NCBI GenBank assembly: GCA_002633005.1
Contig: NMRA01000752.1
Span: forward strand, 102,900 to 166,899
DNA from: Phoronis australis
Taxonomy: Eukaryota > Animalia > Phoronida
DNA: 64,000 nt
Direction of reading: 5' to 3'
Below the pieces are notes generated by a model, which had not been told where the DNA came from, made no database searches, and worked only from the letters and a program-made list of their open reading frames with translations. Below are positions 24,879-37,135 of this stretch, piece after piece; position 1 is the first letter of the stretch, and the number at the start of each line of letters is the position of its first letter. The translations under genes were made by a program, and so were the position numbers.

Positions 24879-26300
24879 GTGGACAGGTGTAACCTGGTAT
24901 GCCGGGGCTTGAGCCAGCTGCCACGGGTACTCCCCCTTGATCAGATGGCGATGTCGGTAATGTCTACCACATTTGGCTGGGACAGAGTTCCGAGTTTCAC
25001 GTTAACACCTAGACTCAACTCGCCAGCCGCCTGCTTCCACTGGTATGTGATCACTCTTCTGCTCCAAAAATTACCTGAGAGTGACCGTGAGCGATGGTTT
25101 GTAAGTGCACATAATGTGAGGCTCCCTCAGTCCTTCTTGGACTCCTCGTCCGGAGAGGTCGGGCCAACGTCCTTTATAACCCCCAGGCCTCAGACCTCTA
25201 CTTCAGCCACTTCACCCCCCAAAAGACCTCGGACTTATGCCCAGGTTGCTTCCTGTCCTGAGGCTCAGTCTGCACTGCTCCCTCCTGTACCATCCAAGTC
25301 CCAAGTGGAGCGTAAACAGGTTCGTCCAAAGCGGTCGGCGGCGGCAACCACCTCCTCGGCGAAACGATCCGCTAAACTGCCATCTTTGTACGGTCCACAG
25401 TCGACCGCCAATCTGCAGCCTGCTGCATCAGCCCCAAAGCCAGAGGCAGTGGATTCGCATTTCCACCTAGATCGGCTGACCTTCGCGTGCCAACGGTTTT
25501 CCCCCGAATTGGCCGGCCGGCTGCTTACCATCCCTGAGATCACGAATATGACGGCCATGCTCCCTTGCCCCTCAAAAAATCCAGTCCATTTAACAGGGGG
25601 CATAGCGGTATTTTGTGATCCGATTCACTATAAGTTTGTGGAGAAATCCACTGAGGCGTTCCCTTCGGGTTGGAAGACTGCCATAGGCATCCACCCGAAA
25701 AACGCCAAGTCGTACAATCCGGCCATGGAGAAGGAGATTTTCAGGCTCCTCCGGTTGCCCAACGTTGTTGTGCTAGGTGAGTTGGGATTAGAAGAAGGCC
25801 ACGGTTGCGTTGAAGTACAGCAGCGAGTAGTCGTGTCGCTGGTGCGCGGTCTTGCCCGCTTCCAGACGGTTCACGGCACTCGTGTGCTTGTATTGCACCT
25901 TTGCTCCCGGGAGTCCACTTCACCCTTTCACTCTGGTCATCAGTACATGAGACGGTTGCTGAGTGACGTTCTGCCCAGAGCCCAACCAATCCATCTCCAT
26001 TGTTTTTCCAGTAATCCCCAGGAGGTGCGATCATGGATGAAGGCTTTCCCAAATGCCTATTTCGGCTTTGCTGCCACTGCTCGCCACTTTTCCTCTCCCC
26101 AAGCTAAAGCTTTGGCAGCCGTGCCCCTTAATCGGCTTCTTTTAGAGACCGATTCCCCCCATTTAGCGACGTCCTCTCGACCTATGGCCCCATATTTCAT
26201 TAAGGAAGTGGCCTGGAAAATAGCACGCCTGCGTCACTGTAATGCTGACTATTTATTGGAGCACTCGGCCAAGAACGCATGTGTTTTATACCGATTGTAA
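24879..26300 (+). CDS. tatD-like: TatD-family metal-dependent DNase domain protein (TatD domain about 25449-26297)
   Basis: Ordered TatD motifs VDSHFHLD, AIGIHP, LGELGLE, LVLH, IHLHCF, YFGF and VPLNRLLLETDSP in an uninterrupted 473-aa frame. Confidence 0.92.
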   Translation: MDRCNLVCRGLSQLPRVLPLDQMAMSVMSTTFGWDRVPSFTLTPRLNSPAACFHWYVITLLLQKLPESDRERWFVSAHNVRLPQSFLDSSSGEVGPTSFITPRPQTSTSATSPPKRPRTYAQVASCPEAQSALLPPVPSKSQVERKQVRPKRSAAATTSSAKRSAKLPSLYGPQSTANLQPAASAPKPEAVDSHFHLDRLTFACQRFSPELAGRLLTIPEITNMTAMLPCPSKNPVHLTGGIAVFCDPIHYKFVEKSTEAFPSGWKTAIGIHPKNAKSYNPAMEKEIFRLLRLPNVVVLGELGLEEGHGCVEVQQRVVVSLVRGLARFQTVHGTRVLVLHLCSRESTSPFHSGHQYMRRLLSDVLPRAQPIHLHCFSSNPQEVRSWMKAFPNAYFGFAATARHFSSPQAKALAAVPLNRLLLETDSPHLATSSRPMAPYFIKEVAWKIARLRHCNADYLLEHSAKNACVLYRL

Positions 26301-26625
26301 GTCCGGAGAGCGTCTCTAGTGAGTATTTCTACCACTAGGTGTCTGCTCTCCCATCCAGGGGGGTGGGTGGTTCCCCATAAGGGTGACTATTTATTATTTA
26401 TTTCATGTGTTCAGGGGTGCTGGCTCTTTGAACTTATATATTATTTGATGATACTTCTGTTCTTAACCCATGTGTATTATGCTCTCATTCTAGGGGAACT
26501 GTCCGTGTGCTACTAACATACTGAAGTTTCTTCTTTTTTGGAGGGGGGAGGAGGATCAAAATTTTTCGGGTGTTTTTTGATAAATTGGCAATGATGTTGT
26601 TTCCCGGGTGGGTCCCACGCTTTTT

Positions 26626-26639
26626 AGGGAGGAGGGGAA
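26626..26639 (+). promoter_or_regulatory. Polypurine tract
   Basis: AGGGAGGAGGGGAA lies immediately before the 3' LTR. Confidence 0.9.
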
Positions 26640-26886
26640 TGTTGTAATAGGCAACATCATTGGCCCTTTGTTTTTCCTGTGGCGTCTTGTGATTGGTCTG
26701 TTTCTGTGTGTTCCCCGTATGTCTCCTATATAAGTCGTTGGCGCCACTGTCGGACGGGTTTTTTCAAGAACCGGCAATACGAGTCATCAATGGTTGCTCC
26801 ACTTGGCGTCAACTGACTGACTGGCTTATATCTTCGTAAAAGTAAGTACTCTTGTGCCTAACCAGTGAACCTGTAGGAATACAACA
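26640..26886 (+). repeat. 3' LTR (247 bp)
   Basis: Copy of 17577-17811 with about 5 substitutions and one 12-bp indel. Confidence 0.95.
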
Positions 26887-27539
26887 TTTGGCGTAGTTGG
26901 CACAAATTATTGACCTGTAGTGATATGAGATTTCAAAATCAGGAGCTTCCAAGAATTACTACGAACATAGACATAAGCACACACAACCAATGCCAGTATA
27001 CCCAACTTGGGAAATGTTTACACTTTGCCTTGGTAGTCCCCCCCCCCCTTGCATTGATCACACTGACACAACCTCAGAAGACAGAAATATAATAGAGTAA
27101 ATTATAGCCTTATGTGAACGTTATGGCTTCCTCTGATGGACCTCCAGGTGTATATTACGCGTTAGAAGTTTAGATAATTCACACACAGAATGAGTCCATG
27201 TCGGTATGTGACAGCGTGACTCGTTAGTGGCTGACAATAACAGCTGAACTTAACACGTTCGATGGAAATCACACCACCGATTGTGGCCAATCGATTTTAG
27301 AACGCTCTCTGGCACTAACCTGACTTCCAAAACTTGTGAAATGTCTTCTTGCTCGCTCTGCTCGTAGTAATATTAACTTCATTGTCGCGGGCTAGCCACC
27401 ACACGACTTTTTTTCGAAGTTGACTGTCGTTATAAAATTCAAACTGATGACTTCCGGTGGAAACTGCCTTACGAATACAACTCAACACAGAGGAAACTTG
27501 CACAATAACTACGTTTTTTAAGAATTGCATGAGTTCTAT

Positions 27540-29786
27540 TGATTACATTGTTTTGACCAGGTCAGTGTCTCAGTTGATTAACATTGGGTGCATTCTTACT
27601 GCTGTTGGTCACCGGATGTTCGTCTACATTTAAATTTACAAAGACGTGCTATCTCTTCTTGAAAGGGGTTGCCCATGTCCTTCAGGACTCTTTGTGGCAC
27701 CTTGACCTTCTCGAGGAATGCCCGCTGGGTACTTACGTGGTGTTTAGTGGTGATAGCTGTGTCCTTAACGCATGATATGGTTTCATAGCCAGAAACTAAA
27801 CTACTCACTTCTGGTCCAGCTACCATTCATCTTCTCAGTGCTGCAGGATCGTCAGTTAGCTCAACAGCTCCACCATCACTTTTGATGACTGCATTGTTTT
27901 GTTCGTGAGCTTGATCTATCACCATTGCCGAAAACTCACATTTTGATTTGTGAATGACAAAGTTCCTCTTGTGAAACTCCTTGGAGACATCTTGGTGTTG
28001 GTGATCAAGAGACATCATATCCCACCATTGCTTTGGGAGCCATCTGGCATAGTTTGTATTGTTGTTCGCGAAGAAGTATGGAATCAGTTCTGTCAAGGAT
28101 TCTCGGTAGGGTTCAAAGTGCCCTTCCCTAAAAGAGCGGACCAAGAGAAAGATGGCAAGTTCTATATCCAGCACCAGATTCCAAAACTCCCCCGCCTCTC
28201 ACGCCAGTCTTCAAATGCCATGGGAGTATTGCCAGACACCTCACACTCGGAGCAGTGGTCACGCTGAACTTCCTTCATCAATCTGTACAAGCTGCATGCT
28301 GTGATTTTGTGGGCAAGTCTTGTCCTGGTGACACTTGACACTGTCAGGAATGACTCTACTGTACCAGATGATGCCACACTTGCTTCAGCAATAGTTCTAG
28401 TCCATCCACTGTCTTCTAGGAGGGTCCCTATTGATTTCAGTGCAGCCATCTCAATGTGAAGTCCCCCGAACATGATGACGAACTTGTCCTGTCCATACCC
28501 TCTGACCACTGCCACTGGATATGCTTAGCAAGAGCAAACAATGGCTGGTCAACAGCTATAACTGGTGTTTGTCCTGGGTTCAGGAAAGCCACTGTGTTTT
28601 GAATCTGATGCATGCAGTGCTTGATTGTGGCAACCGAGTTGGCCTGGTGAAGAATTATAGGCATTACTGAGGTAAGGCTCACTTCGAATGACTGGCTGAT
28701 GTTCTGTGCAGCATGATGGGTTGCCCGTGACACATTTACCCCGTCTCCAATGGTCTCGGTTAGTGATATCTTTTCCAACCACATGTAATCTTTCTTCATG
28801 TGCGACTTGATTGACTCGGGTGTAGGGTAAATATGACTTGTAACTGTAGGAGGATTGGGATTCTTTGTGATGCAAGCTGGTCGAACGCTGTGAAATCCTC
28901 AGGAAGCTCTGGGACTTTCTTGACCTTGACCTCAGGATTGAGTTTCAGTGCTTCACGTTCTTCACCAGGGTATTCAGAGCTTGGGTGCTGAAAGAGGGAC
29001 ATACTTGTACCATGGATGGAAGATTGAGCTGTAGTTGCAGTCGGGTTGTGGTAAATGTTGTCCACCGCAGAAGTCGTGAACACATGCTTTTGCAGGACTG
29101 GTGGGCGGACGACTCCATCTTCAACGTACTGTGCCACAACAGTCTCTCTAAGGTGGGCTGAGATTTTACGGACCCTATCATAGGAAACACTGATTCCGTT
29201 CTCATGGAGCATCACAATCAGTTGTCTCTTCCTTGTTTTGGCAAAGAAAGACAATCCAACATACACGGCAAAGGGGGTCTCCGGGTCCTTGGCATGCCTG
29301 TTAAATTGTGATCCAGGGGATGTGGCTAACTGCTGAAACAAAAGTACTACCTCTACCACTACACCCGTACACCCTATGCATAATATATAATCAGCTATTG
29401 ATACAAGACAAATGCAGCATGACCAAAGAATTGCCCAGATAAAAATCATGTAAATTGACCGAATTGAAGAGTATAATTGTCTATATCTGGACAATATATG
29501 TAATTGAGAGTGTTCACAGTGTCCAAAATGAATTGGGCATACCCAAGACTATAACATTGACCCCAAGATCGCTAAAATCGGTTGGGTATATACTGATTTA
29601 CAAGGAAAATCATTATCACGAACACTGGACGGCGGCCATCTTGAAAAATGGCCGCCATCTTGGATTTTCAGGTGGCTAGTCGGACAGATCTCTTAAGTAT
29701 GCTATTATGAATCATCATGGAAAATTTGGTGCTTGTATCATCATTTGCACATTTCTGGTGCATATTTGCACTTATCTGCCCAGCTA
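27540..29786 (-). mobile_element. Academ-like DNA transposon, internally deleted and 3'-truncated, with transposase pseudogene
   Basis: Frameshifted minus-strand ORFs contain AVDNI, VDQPLFALAK, FGGLHIEM, NYARWL and DQAHEQNN. The 5' terminus TAGCTGGGCAG is at 29786. Confidence 0.75.
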
Positions 29787-30129
29787 TTACGCAACTGCTA
29801 CTCTAGCCTAAAAATAGCAGCCGACCAGCTGGTCAGCTGATGGCCGGTCGGCTAAAGGGTCGGCTGTGGGGTCGCCTTATGAATCGGCACTGCGGGCGGC
29901 TGCCGGTCGGCTAATTTTTAGCCGACAGGTCGGCAAATTTGCCGACCGGTCGACGGCTAGTCGTCGACCAATTTCCGACCGGGCGGACAAAATTTCGTGA
30001 TGTGTGCTGTATTGTTCAGAAACATGGCTATATTTTTCCTGTCTTATATACACTATAAGTACATCTTTTGTTTTAGATACTGGAATAGACAGTGACACTC
30101 TGTTCCTGGTGTATGGGAAAGCGTCCTTT

Positions 30130-30560
30130 AACAACTGTTCTACAACTGCCCTTGATTGCTTTCAAAAAGCGGTAATGAAATAAGGTGTACCCTTGCGAGT
30201 TAGATGTGACCATGGTGCATTCTTGGAAATGTTCCGCGGTCTGGACAGAGGGTGTGCCATTCAAGGAAAAAGTGTGCACAATCAAGGATAGAAAGACTGT
30301 GGCGAGATATAAGGCGTGGTGTCACCAATGTGTACAATGAGATGTTTCATTTTTAGAGGAGAAACGTGTTTTGGACCTAGATGATCGGCTGTCCTTTTGG
30401 TGCTTGCACTATGTGTTTTTACTCAAAATTAATCAATCATTGAAAGCCTTTTAAGGTCAATGGAACCACCATGGTTTGTGAACAGAGAAGGGCAAGTCAT
30501 CATACTGGCTGTTTGTTCTTCAAGTGTTGGCACTGCCGTACAGCAATCTCACTGCTGTAC
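30130..30560 (+). pseudogene. Integrase-like DDE transposase remnant (IS3EU-like)
   Basis: Reading across frameshifts gives P.RVRCDHG, GKSVHNQ-IERLWRD, WCLHYVF and QWNHH. Confidence 0.6.
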
Positions 30561-31519
30561 TTGAGCTGATCGAGAAACATGTCTACAAATGCTGATCTAC
30601 ATACCCAAGAATGAATAGCTCCACAATGTTCTCCATGTCCTCTCTCAAGTAACAACCTATCTTGGCTTGACGAACTTGTATCTTCACTATACATTAGAGA
30701 AACTCACAGCTTACAAGTGTATCAGAAAACACTGCGATTTGTAAATTCTATTACAAGTTCATATTCATAGGCGAGGTGCTCATGTTAGTTTACCAGTTGA
30801 AATGGTCTTTCACAAGCTAGTAACTTGTCATCTGTTATACTAGAGTTTCTGCATTGGGTGGGAAGGATTCGTTAAGTTGTTAGTTTGGTCTGTCAATTCC
30901 TTCCTGTGTATGTTTGACGTTGTAATTTGTGGGATTCTGCTCTCGACTGGCTTTAAATGTGATTTTAAAGCCTTGATATTTGTGGTCATGGCTATATTGC
31001 TGTTCAAAGACCTGTGACTATGATCAAGCTTCAGTTAGAAGCCTGGGCATTAATACACTTCTGACAAGGTCTTGATTGGATTTATTTTTAATTACTAGGC
31101 CAAACCTACGATGAAAAACAGAAAACATCCTCATTATCAGTCATCCCCAAGGATGTGTCAGGGTATTAAAAAATTTTTACAGCTTTTCTTACATAATTCA
31201 TGTTCTCAATGGAAATAACATAAAATTACTTTGTGCCAATTTTTATTGGGACATCCCATAGCTCCTATATCAGCTGAATGCTTTTGGGACACCTGATATT
31301 ACCACCGTTGTTGAAGGTGAAACTGCTATTCCTAGGCAAATCTCAAACACTTGCATTGCTAAACAATTTCATATATTGTGTTATACAGTCCTTCAAACAT
31401 ATCTTCAAAGAAACAGAAGTATTGTTATGGTAATCCTATAATTCAGATGTCATGCCTCTGGACACCGTATGGTTTCTCAATTAGAGAGACACGGTCCCTT
31501 TATTAAAGGCATCTCTACT

Positions 31520-31803
31520 CAGTGGCGGATCTAGGATACCATAAGGGGTGCCCAACATGTTGCCTTGGGGAATTGGGCAAAGCGCGATTTTATGTGCACA
31601 GGGGCCCGAAAGTTGCGGGTGCCGGGATGTGGACTTTCCCTTCAGAAAATCTATCGGTGGACATGATTCCTCTGGTATGTGAGCCCCCCTCATCCGCTAC
31701 CGGTCCTAGTTGCTGAAGTCTATATTTCCTCACGGTTCACGCTGTTGCTGTTTCATTTTGCGTGCGGCAGCCAGGGGGGGCGACCCCCCTAAATCCGCCT
31801 ATG
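31520..31803. mobile_element. hAT5-like MITE
   Basis: Termini CAGTGGCGGATCTAGG...CCTAAATCCGCCTATG with a perfect 5-bp TSD, CTACT. Confidence 0.75.
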
Positions 31804-32198
31804 CTACTTAATGTTTTAAGGTCAAACGCACGGCATGTTTAAGAGTTCTCGCAAATCCCTACTCGTACTTAGCTAAGAAGTGCAAGAAACATTCATTTCC
31901 CTGTATGAAGGCCATTACCGACGTAAGGTAAAAAACAGAAAAAAACACGATCAAACGCATTTTAATGCGTTTGACCGTGTTTTTTGTTTCTGTTTTTTAA
32001 AAAATGATGCTGTGGTCAGAAAAATTTATTAAAAGACTTTTTTCACTGGCCAATTTAATGCATTTTACGGCATTTTAGTTTTTAGTACTTCAAAGAACAA
32101 ACAATAACATGTCACCACTTTCTCACAAAAAACTTTTAGCATACCCTGTCTTCACTGAGCATTTGACGTAAAAATATATTATAAAAATGGCCAGCACT

Positions 32199-32352
32199 CA
32201 GGGGCACATCCAGAATTTTGAGTTAGGGGGGGCAGGGCGTAGTATTAGCTCGTCAGACATTTGCACCCCCGTACTACCAAATGGAATCTGGGAGAATATT
32301 AGGGGAGGGCATGGACCCCTTACCTCTCCCCCCGACCTTAGATTCGCCATTG
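32199..32352. mobile_element. Short MITE with 5-bp TSD
   Basis: Termini CAGGGGCACATCCAG...TTAGATTCGCCATTG, flanked by GCACT/GTACT. Confidence 0.5.
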
Positions 32353-33449
32353 GTACTGCCTCGTATAAAAACGCAACCTCACAATCTACACGACAGCCTG
32401 TCACCACTGAGCAAGACTGTAATACCTCCTGGTACATCTTCAGTGATCAAGCGAATAAAACCTACAACTGTTGGCACAGCACTGTGAAAATCACCGTGAC
32501 TCCAAGGTCAGTCATACACTCATCGTCACTCACAGCATTGCCTCGTTTATACACCTGTATTTAAAACAATTTCACGTTGCATGCTGATCTAACGCAGAAG
32601 CCACCGTTATACTGTTGCTGGGCGCTACACTCCACAGAGGTGGATTATGATTCATTTGATACGAGTGTGAGTGTTCCTTATTCGTCAAATGCAAAGTGGG
32701 ATGGCTAACGACCTTTTAGGCTAATCAAATATCGGGTCAGTTGGGGCGTAAACTGACTGACATCGAACCATGCGTCATAGCTGAGCAAATGACAAAGTCT
32801 TATTGGTCCCACAGTAAATGGGCGGTAACTTGACACATTTGGGAAGTACATTTCGAGTCAACTCTGACGTGCTTCAATGACTCGTAACGTGTCAAAAAGA
32901 CCCGTCAGAAGGTGACGCTGGAGGCGTTCCATACTGTCTAGCTGTGCTGTCTCAAGGTCAATTCAGTGCTCACGCGCAGGGAAGCCTTGTTGACTGTTAT
33001 TTATAAACATTGTTTTACGTTTTGATGTTAGAACTTCAAAGACTATTTGTTAAATTCTAAATTGAATATGTGCTTCGAAAGCTGAATCCAATTTACAATT
33101 CCTAAGTTTAAAACTAAAGTATTGACAAAAAGTTACTGAATTACTTTACATTGCGCAAGCGTGTTTTTACAAATGTTGTGTCATGTGGTTGAAAGCTTTA
33201 TACACGTCGAGTTTTTCGGCAAAAAGGCCGTTTTTTCGGTTCATGTGAGAAAACGGCAAGCCTCGAGATTTTGAAAAAAATTTCCAAGAGGTTTGGCCCA
33301 TGTCATAAATCTGAGACTCGTGTAGGATTCGCTATATCTATGGCTTTCAGCATGCTCCCTTTGAACATCTCAAAACGAAACGCGTGCCATTTCCCTTTAA
33401 AGCAGAATAGAAGAAAATAACTCACACATCTCTAACTTAAGAACAACAC

Positions 33450-33830
33450 TACAAATTCCTAGGAATACACTTTCATGGAAAGTCCACGTAACGGAAACCG
33501 CAAACAAAATTTCTAAAGTGAACTTCGTATTATCTAAACTCAATCACTATTTTCCCACTCACGTCTTACAATTAATAAAGTGTATATTCAGTGTAACTCT
33601 CTAATTCTATCTCGACTCACATATGGAATAACTGTTTGGGCATTGGAGATTGCAAAGGTTAAAAATGTTACAAAAACCTATGCAAATGGTCACCAAATCT
33701 CCGTTTCATAGCCACACTCGCCCAATTTGTAAAAGTCTTACTTCGTCAGGATATATTTACACTATCTTGCTTAAAGTTCTACTACAAATTTATAAACAAA
33801 ATGCTCCCTAGATTCTTTGACAATACATAA
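33450..33830 (+). mobile_element. Degenerate 3' fragment of a CR1/L2-group LINE
   Basis: Broken-frame motifs KFLGI, LSWKVHV, YNSLI and LTYGITVW. Confidence 0.55.
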
Positions 33831-34603
33831 TTCATCCAAGAACATCGACCACTTCGGAAAATCATACGTGGAACAGCACCATAATAATTTCTCGTTTACA
33901 TTACTTATAATACAGACTATCGATCATAATAGTAAGGCAAACAATCAAAAAGATTGCAAAGCCAGAGGCACTAAGGAAGGCCAACTACGCAGTGCTGGAT
34001 GGATGCCTGCCTCTGGCTAGCAGGGGACTTGAGAAACGACTGGTCACTAAAAAGGAGTCTGCCGGGCCTTTTCATTTCTCCTCCAACGAAAAAAAAATAT
34101 AAACGCAAAACAGACTGTACATGTATTACCATATTACATATCTTTTGAACAACTGCAATTCCCAGAATGCGTTTTGAATAAAACAATAACTCATTCCTTA
34201 TTAGGTTTTTCTCTCTTCTTAAAATACATTATAAGCAACTAAATTTGCTATGTTATCAATTGTTTTGTATGCTCGAATGTTTAGAGATTCTTTGTCGTCG
34301 TTGGCCAGCTCTAATGCTTCCATTTGGGATTGTGTCAGTCAGTATTGTAATTAGTATAGTTCAACAAAAAAATTCACAGTAAACAACATTGCAGGGTTCA
34401 TTATGGGAGCTAATGGGCTGGCAACTAGACTTCTCAATGCCATTGAATGACGTAAACATCATCTAGTTTTCTGCACGATCCTGCCATATGCACAAAGACC
34501 ACTCGGCCGAAGTAGGGCCCTAGGGCCGGATAGGGCCCGATGATTACGCGAAGCGCCTTGAATCAGAAGCAAATTCTTCGAATTTAGTTATAATTGAAGT
34601 TAA

Positions 34604-36265
34604 ACGAGCATGCCACCCAAAAAACAACCTAATTTGTATCAATTTAGATCGAGTAGTTCTACTCCATAACGACACGTGTGGTTGCGTTACCTGACACCTG
34701 ACGGCAGATGGAAGTGTTGAAATTATCCAATTACGTCATTGGTTTCACACGCATTCTGTTCAGGAGTTCACAACACGAGTTACTGGTGTCAGCTTATCGC
34801 TTGGAATCATCATTTAGCACCAATAAATCATCAAACTTCGATGCAAAACCCATAAAAATACACCGAGTTCTTACAAAAACGTGTTGTTTTATTTCGCTCT
34901 CACGGATTTATTGGTATTTGGACACACCGTAGCCTACAAAGTTCGGCAGGCCAATAAGGTCCGTAGCAGGAGTTTCGGGTGTGTTCGGAGATAATTTTGA
35001 AGTACATCCCGTGAGATACAGACAGGAGAACATAGATCTGTGTTGTTTAGACTTGTGATTTTCTGAGTTATAAACACGAAACGCTTGTGATCCTGGCCAG
35101 TGGCTCGGAACCCGCCGATCAGGCCCGTCGCGGCCGGCCAGATTGACTCGTTATCCCGGCCAGTGGCTCGGAAACTGATCAGACATCACGAACAAACCAG
35201 CCAAAGTTCAGTGGAAACTAAACTTCCAGTCAAGATATACTAGTGAGCCCAAGTAATGTGCACCTGATTATGTTGGTAAATTTGCCACGAAACTGCAAAT
35301 CTACTTGCTCGTCGGGGCCACGAATTCAGTTGCGCTTTGGCCACAGCACCGTCAGGGCAGAAGTTGTACATTGACAATCATCATTTTAGTAATGTAAATG
35401 TAAATAAAGATTCCCCTAACACCTGGTCGTGGGGTGGAAATCGACTTGTTTCACAACAGTTTCTGCCAGCAAACACTAAATTAGCATGAGCTCAGACGGC
35501 CTCGCGGTGTCCCGTCAATTAGTTTTATTGCACCTAAAGACGGTAACGCAGTGATTTATTCATTGCTGGCTTCTCAAAGCATTTCGGCACTCACGAACAC
35601 TCCAAAGGCATTACAAATTGCATGTAATAAGACAGACTTTGTTTCAGTTTGATATAAGTATTGGTTAGGGTGAGAATAATTCATTTTGAAACAGAACGAT
35701 CAGTAATAAACGCCAACATGGCAACTCGCAATCCCGACTTAGCATGAGATGAGCTAGAGCGGCTCATCAATCCCGACTTCGCAGGTGGATCGTTAAGTTT
35801 TACAGGCTATCAATTCGAAGAGGAATACAGTAATGAAGAAATACTAGAGAGGCGCCGTGAACAAGCTCAGACAACGGAACGTATGGAGAGGCACTGTCGA
35901 CGTCGTCTGCAGGCCACAGACACGGAGATGTTTCACGGTCTCATACTTGCTATTTACAGCTTACATTTCATTCTTCACTATCATGAGCCACTTCCTAAGC
36001 ATTTTGGACTCTCGAGAAAGTAAAAAAAAAGTTATACGCGCTTTCCTCGCGGCTGCTTAGTTTGGACAAGCGGCAACGATACACCGCAACTTAGCGGCAT
36101 TCACTGTGCATATGAACCACTGACGTCGCTGGCGTCGTTTCTCACCTTCCTCACACGTTAACGCGACACCTTTTCGCAAGGTAAGGTCGACCATATGCGA
36201 GGCGATGTGGAAATAGACCGATTAAGACGGCAAAAAAGACTAATTAAATCGGGTGGCATTCGCCT
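34604..36265 (-). mobile_element. Non-autonomous Kolobok-like element, copy 1
   Basis: TTAA|ACGAGCATGCCACCC...GGGTGGCATTCGCCT|TTAA. It is a reverse-complement copy of 50439-51972. Confidence 0.85.
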
Positions 36266-37135
36266 TTAAGGGTACCAGTAGCTGCAGCAATTTTGTTGTT
36301 GTTGTTGTCCATCTATATCCTATCTCTAACGGATAGGCTGGGGCTAGACCTTTTCCGCGGGGGGTTCGATCGAACCACCCGAAGCACTCCTCCCTAGCTA
36401 CGGGACTGATGTTTCATCACGAACTGTTATGACAAGAGTGTTAACTCTTGATGCTGATACGCCCTCCTCCAAACGAGACCGGTGGTTGACGCAATACAGT
36501 TATTTTCGGAGTTTACTTATTTTTGGCTAACGGAATGACATTGACGTAGTATTGGTTTCACGATTTCGGCACCAATCAGGTTCATGAAACTTATTAGTTG
36601 TCTTAGACTTTTTAAAAATTCAAGAGTGATGACGTGACTTCAGATGAACGTGGAAATGTTCGTTGTTTTGTGTTTGATACGTTCGATAGCTTTTAGAAGT
36701 GGTTTAGTGAGATTGCAAATGAGTTTGAACGTTTTTGATTATCAGAATTATTTGAGATGCTGTATACATTATTGTATTTGTATAGTTTCCAATGGCAAAG
36801 CAAATACATCGCCAAAAACTGTCACTGTATTTTCATGGCTAAGAGAACAATTGAATGGTAAAATGACAAAGAAGAAGCTTAAGTTTTTTCACGCTTAGTT
36901 TAGGCATTTACGGTGTACATGGTATAACTTGCTAAACGTTGTACAATAAACTTTATACAATGTACGCTCATGGTACCATAAGTCTGAAAATTTTTAAATT
37001 CGGCAGCTTTATCGACCAAATAAAGGAGCGACATGTACGGTTAATCCAGTTTCCCAAATGAACAGCGTCAGCAATTATCAAATTTAAGACTTTCTAAAAG
37101 ACAGGCCAGTGTTTACTTCAGCACGTTCTAAGGTT

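Larger units (their letters stand above)
17577..26886 (+). mobile_element. Full-length Ty3/Gypsy LTR retrotransposon with integrase-PHD fusion and an extra TatD-family gene
   Basis: Two near-identical LTRs, a PBS, a PPT, gag, pol in PR-RT-RH-IN order, and a third ORF region before the 3' LTR. Confidence 0.96.
8259..30009. mobile_element. Large TIR-bounded element (about 21.7 kb including nested insertions), TA-flanked
   Basis: Left end TA|CAGCATACTTCACGAATTTTTGTCCG matches the reverse complement of the right end, TA|CAGCACACATCACGAAATTTTGTCCG. Both ends have GC-rich subterminal GCCGACC/GGTCGGC repeats (8280-8410 and 29815-29990). Confidence 0.65.

Noticed and set aside
24879-26300. TatD as bacterial contamination, a QatD-type defence gene or a host TATDN locus
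   Set aside because: It lies between integrase and the PPT/3' LTR of a metazoan retroelement, has no operon neighbours and has no introns.
24175-26300. ORF3 as an env gene
   Set aside because: No signal peptide, furin-plus-fusion-peptide arrangement or C-terminal transmembrane anchor is evident; TatD motifs are present instead.
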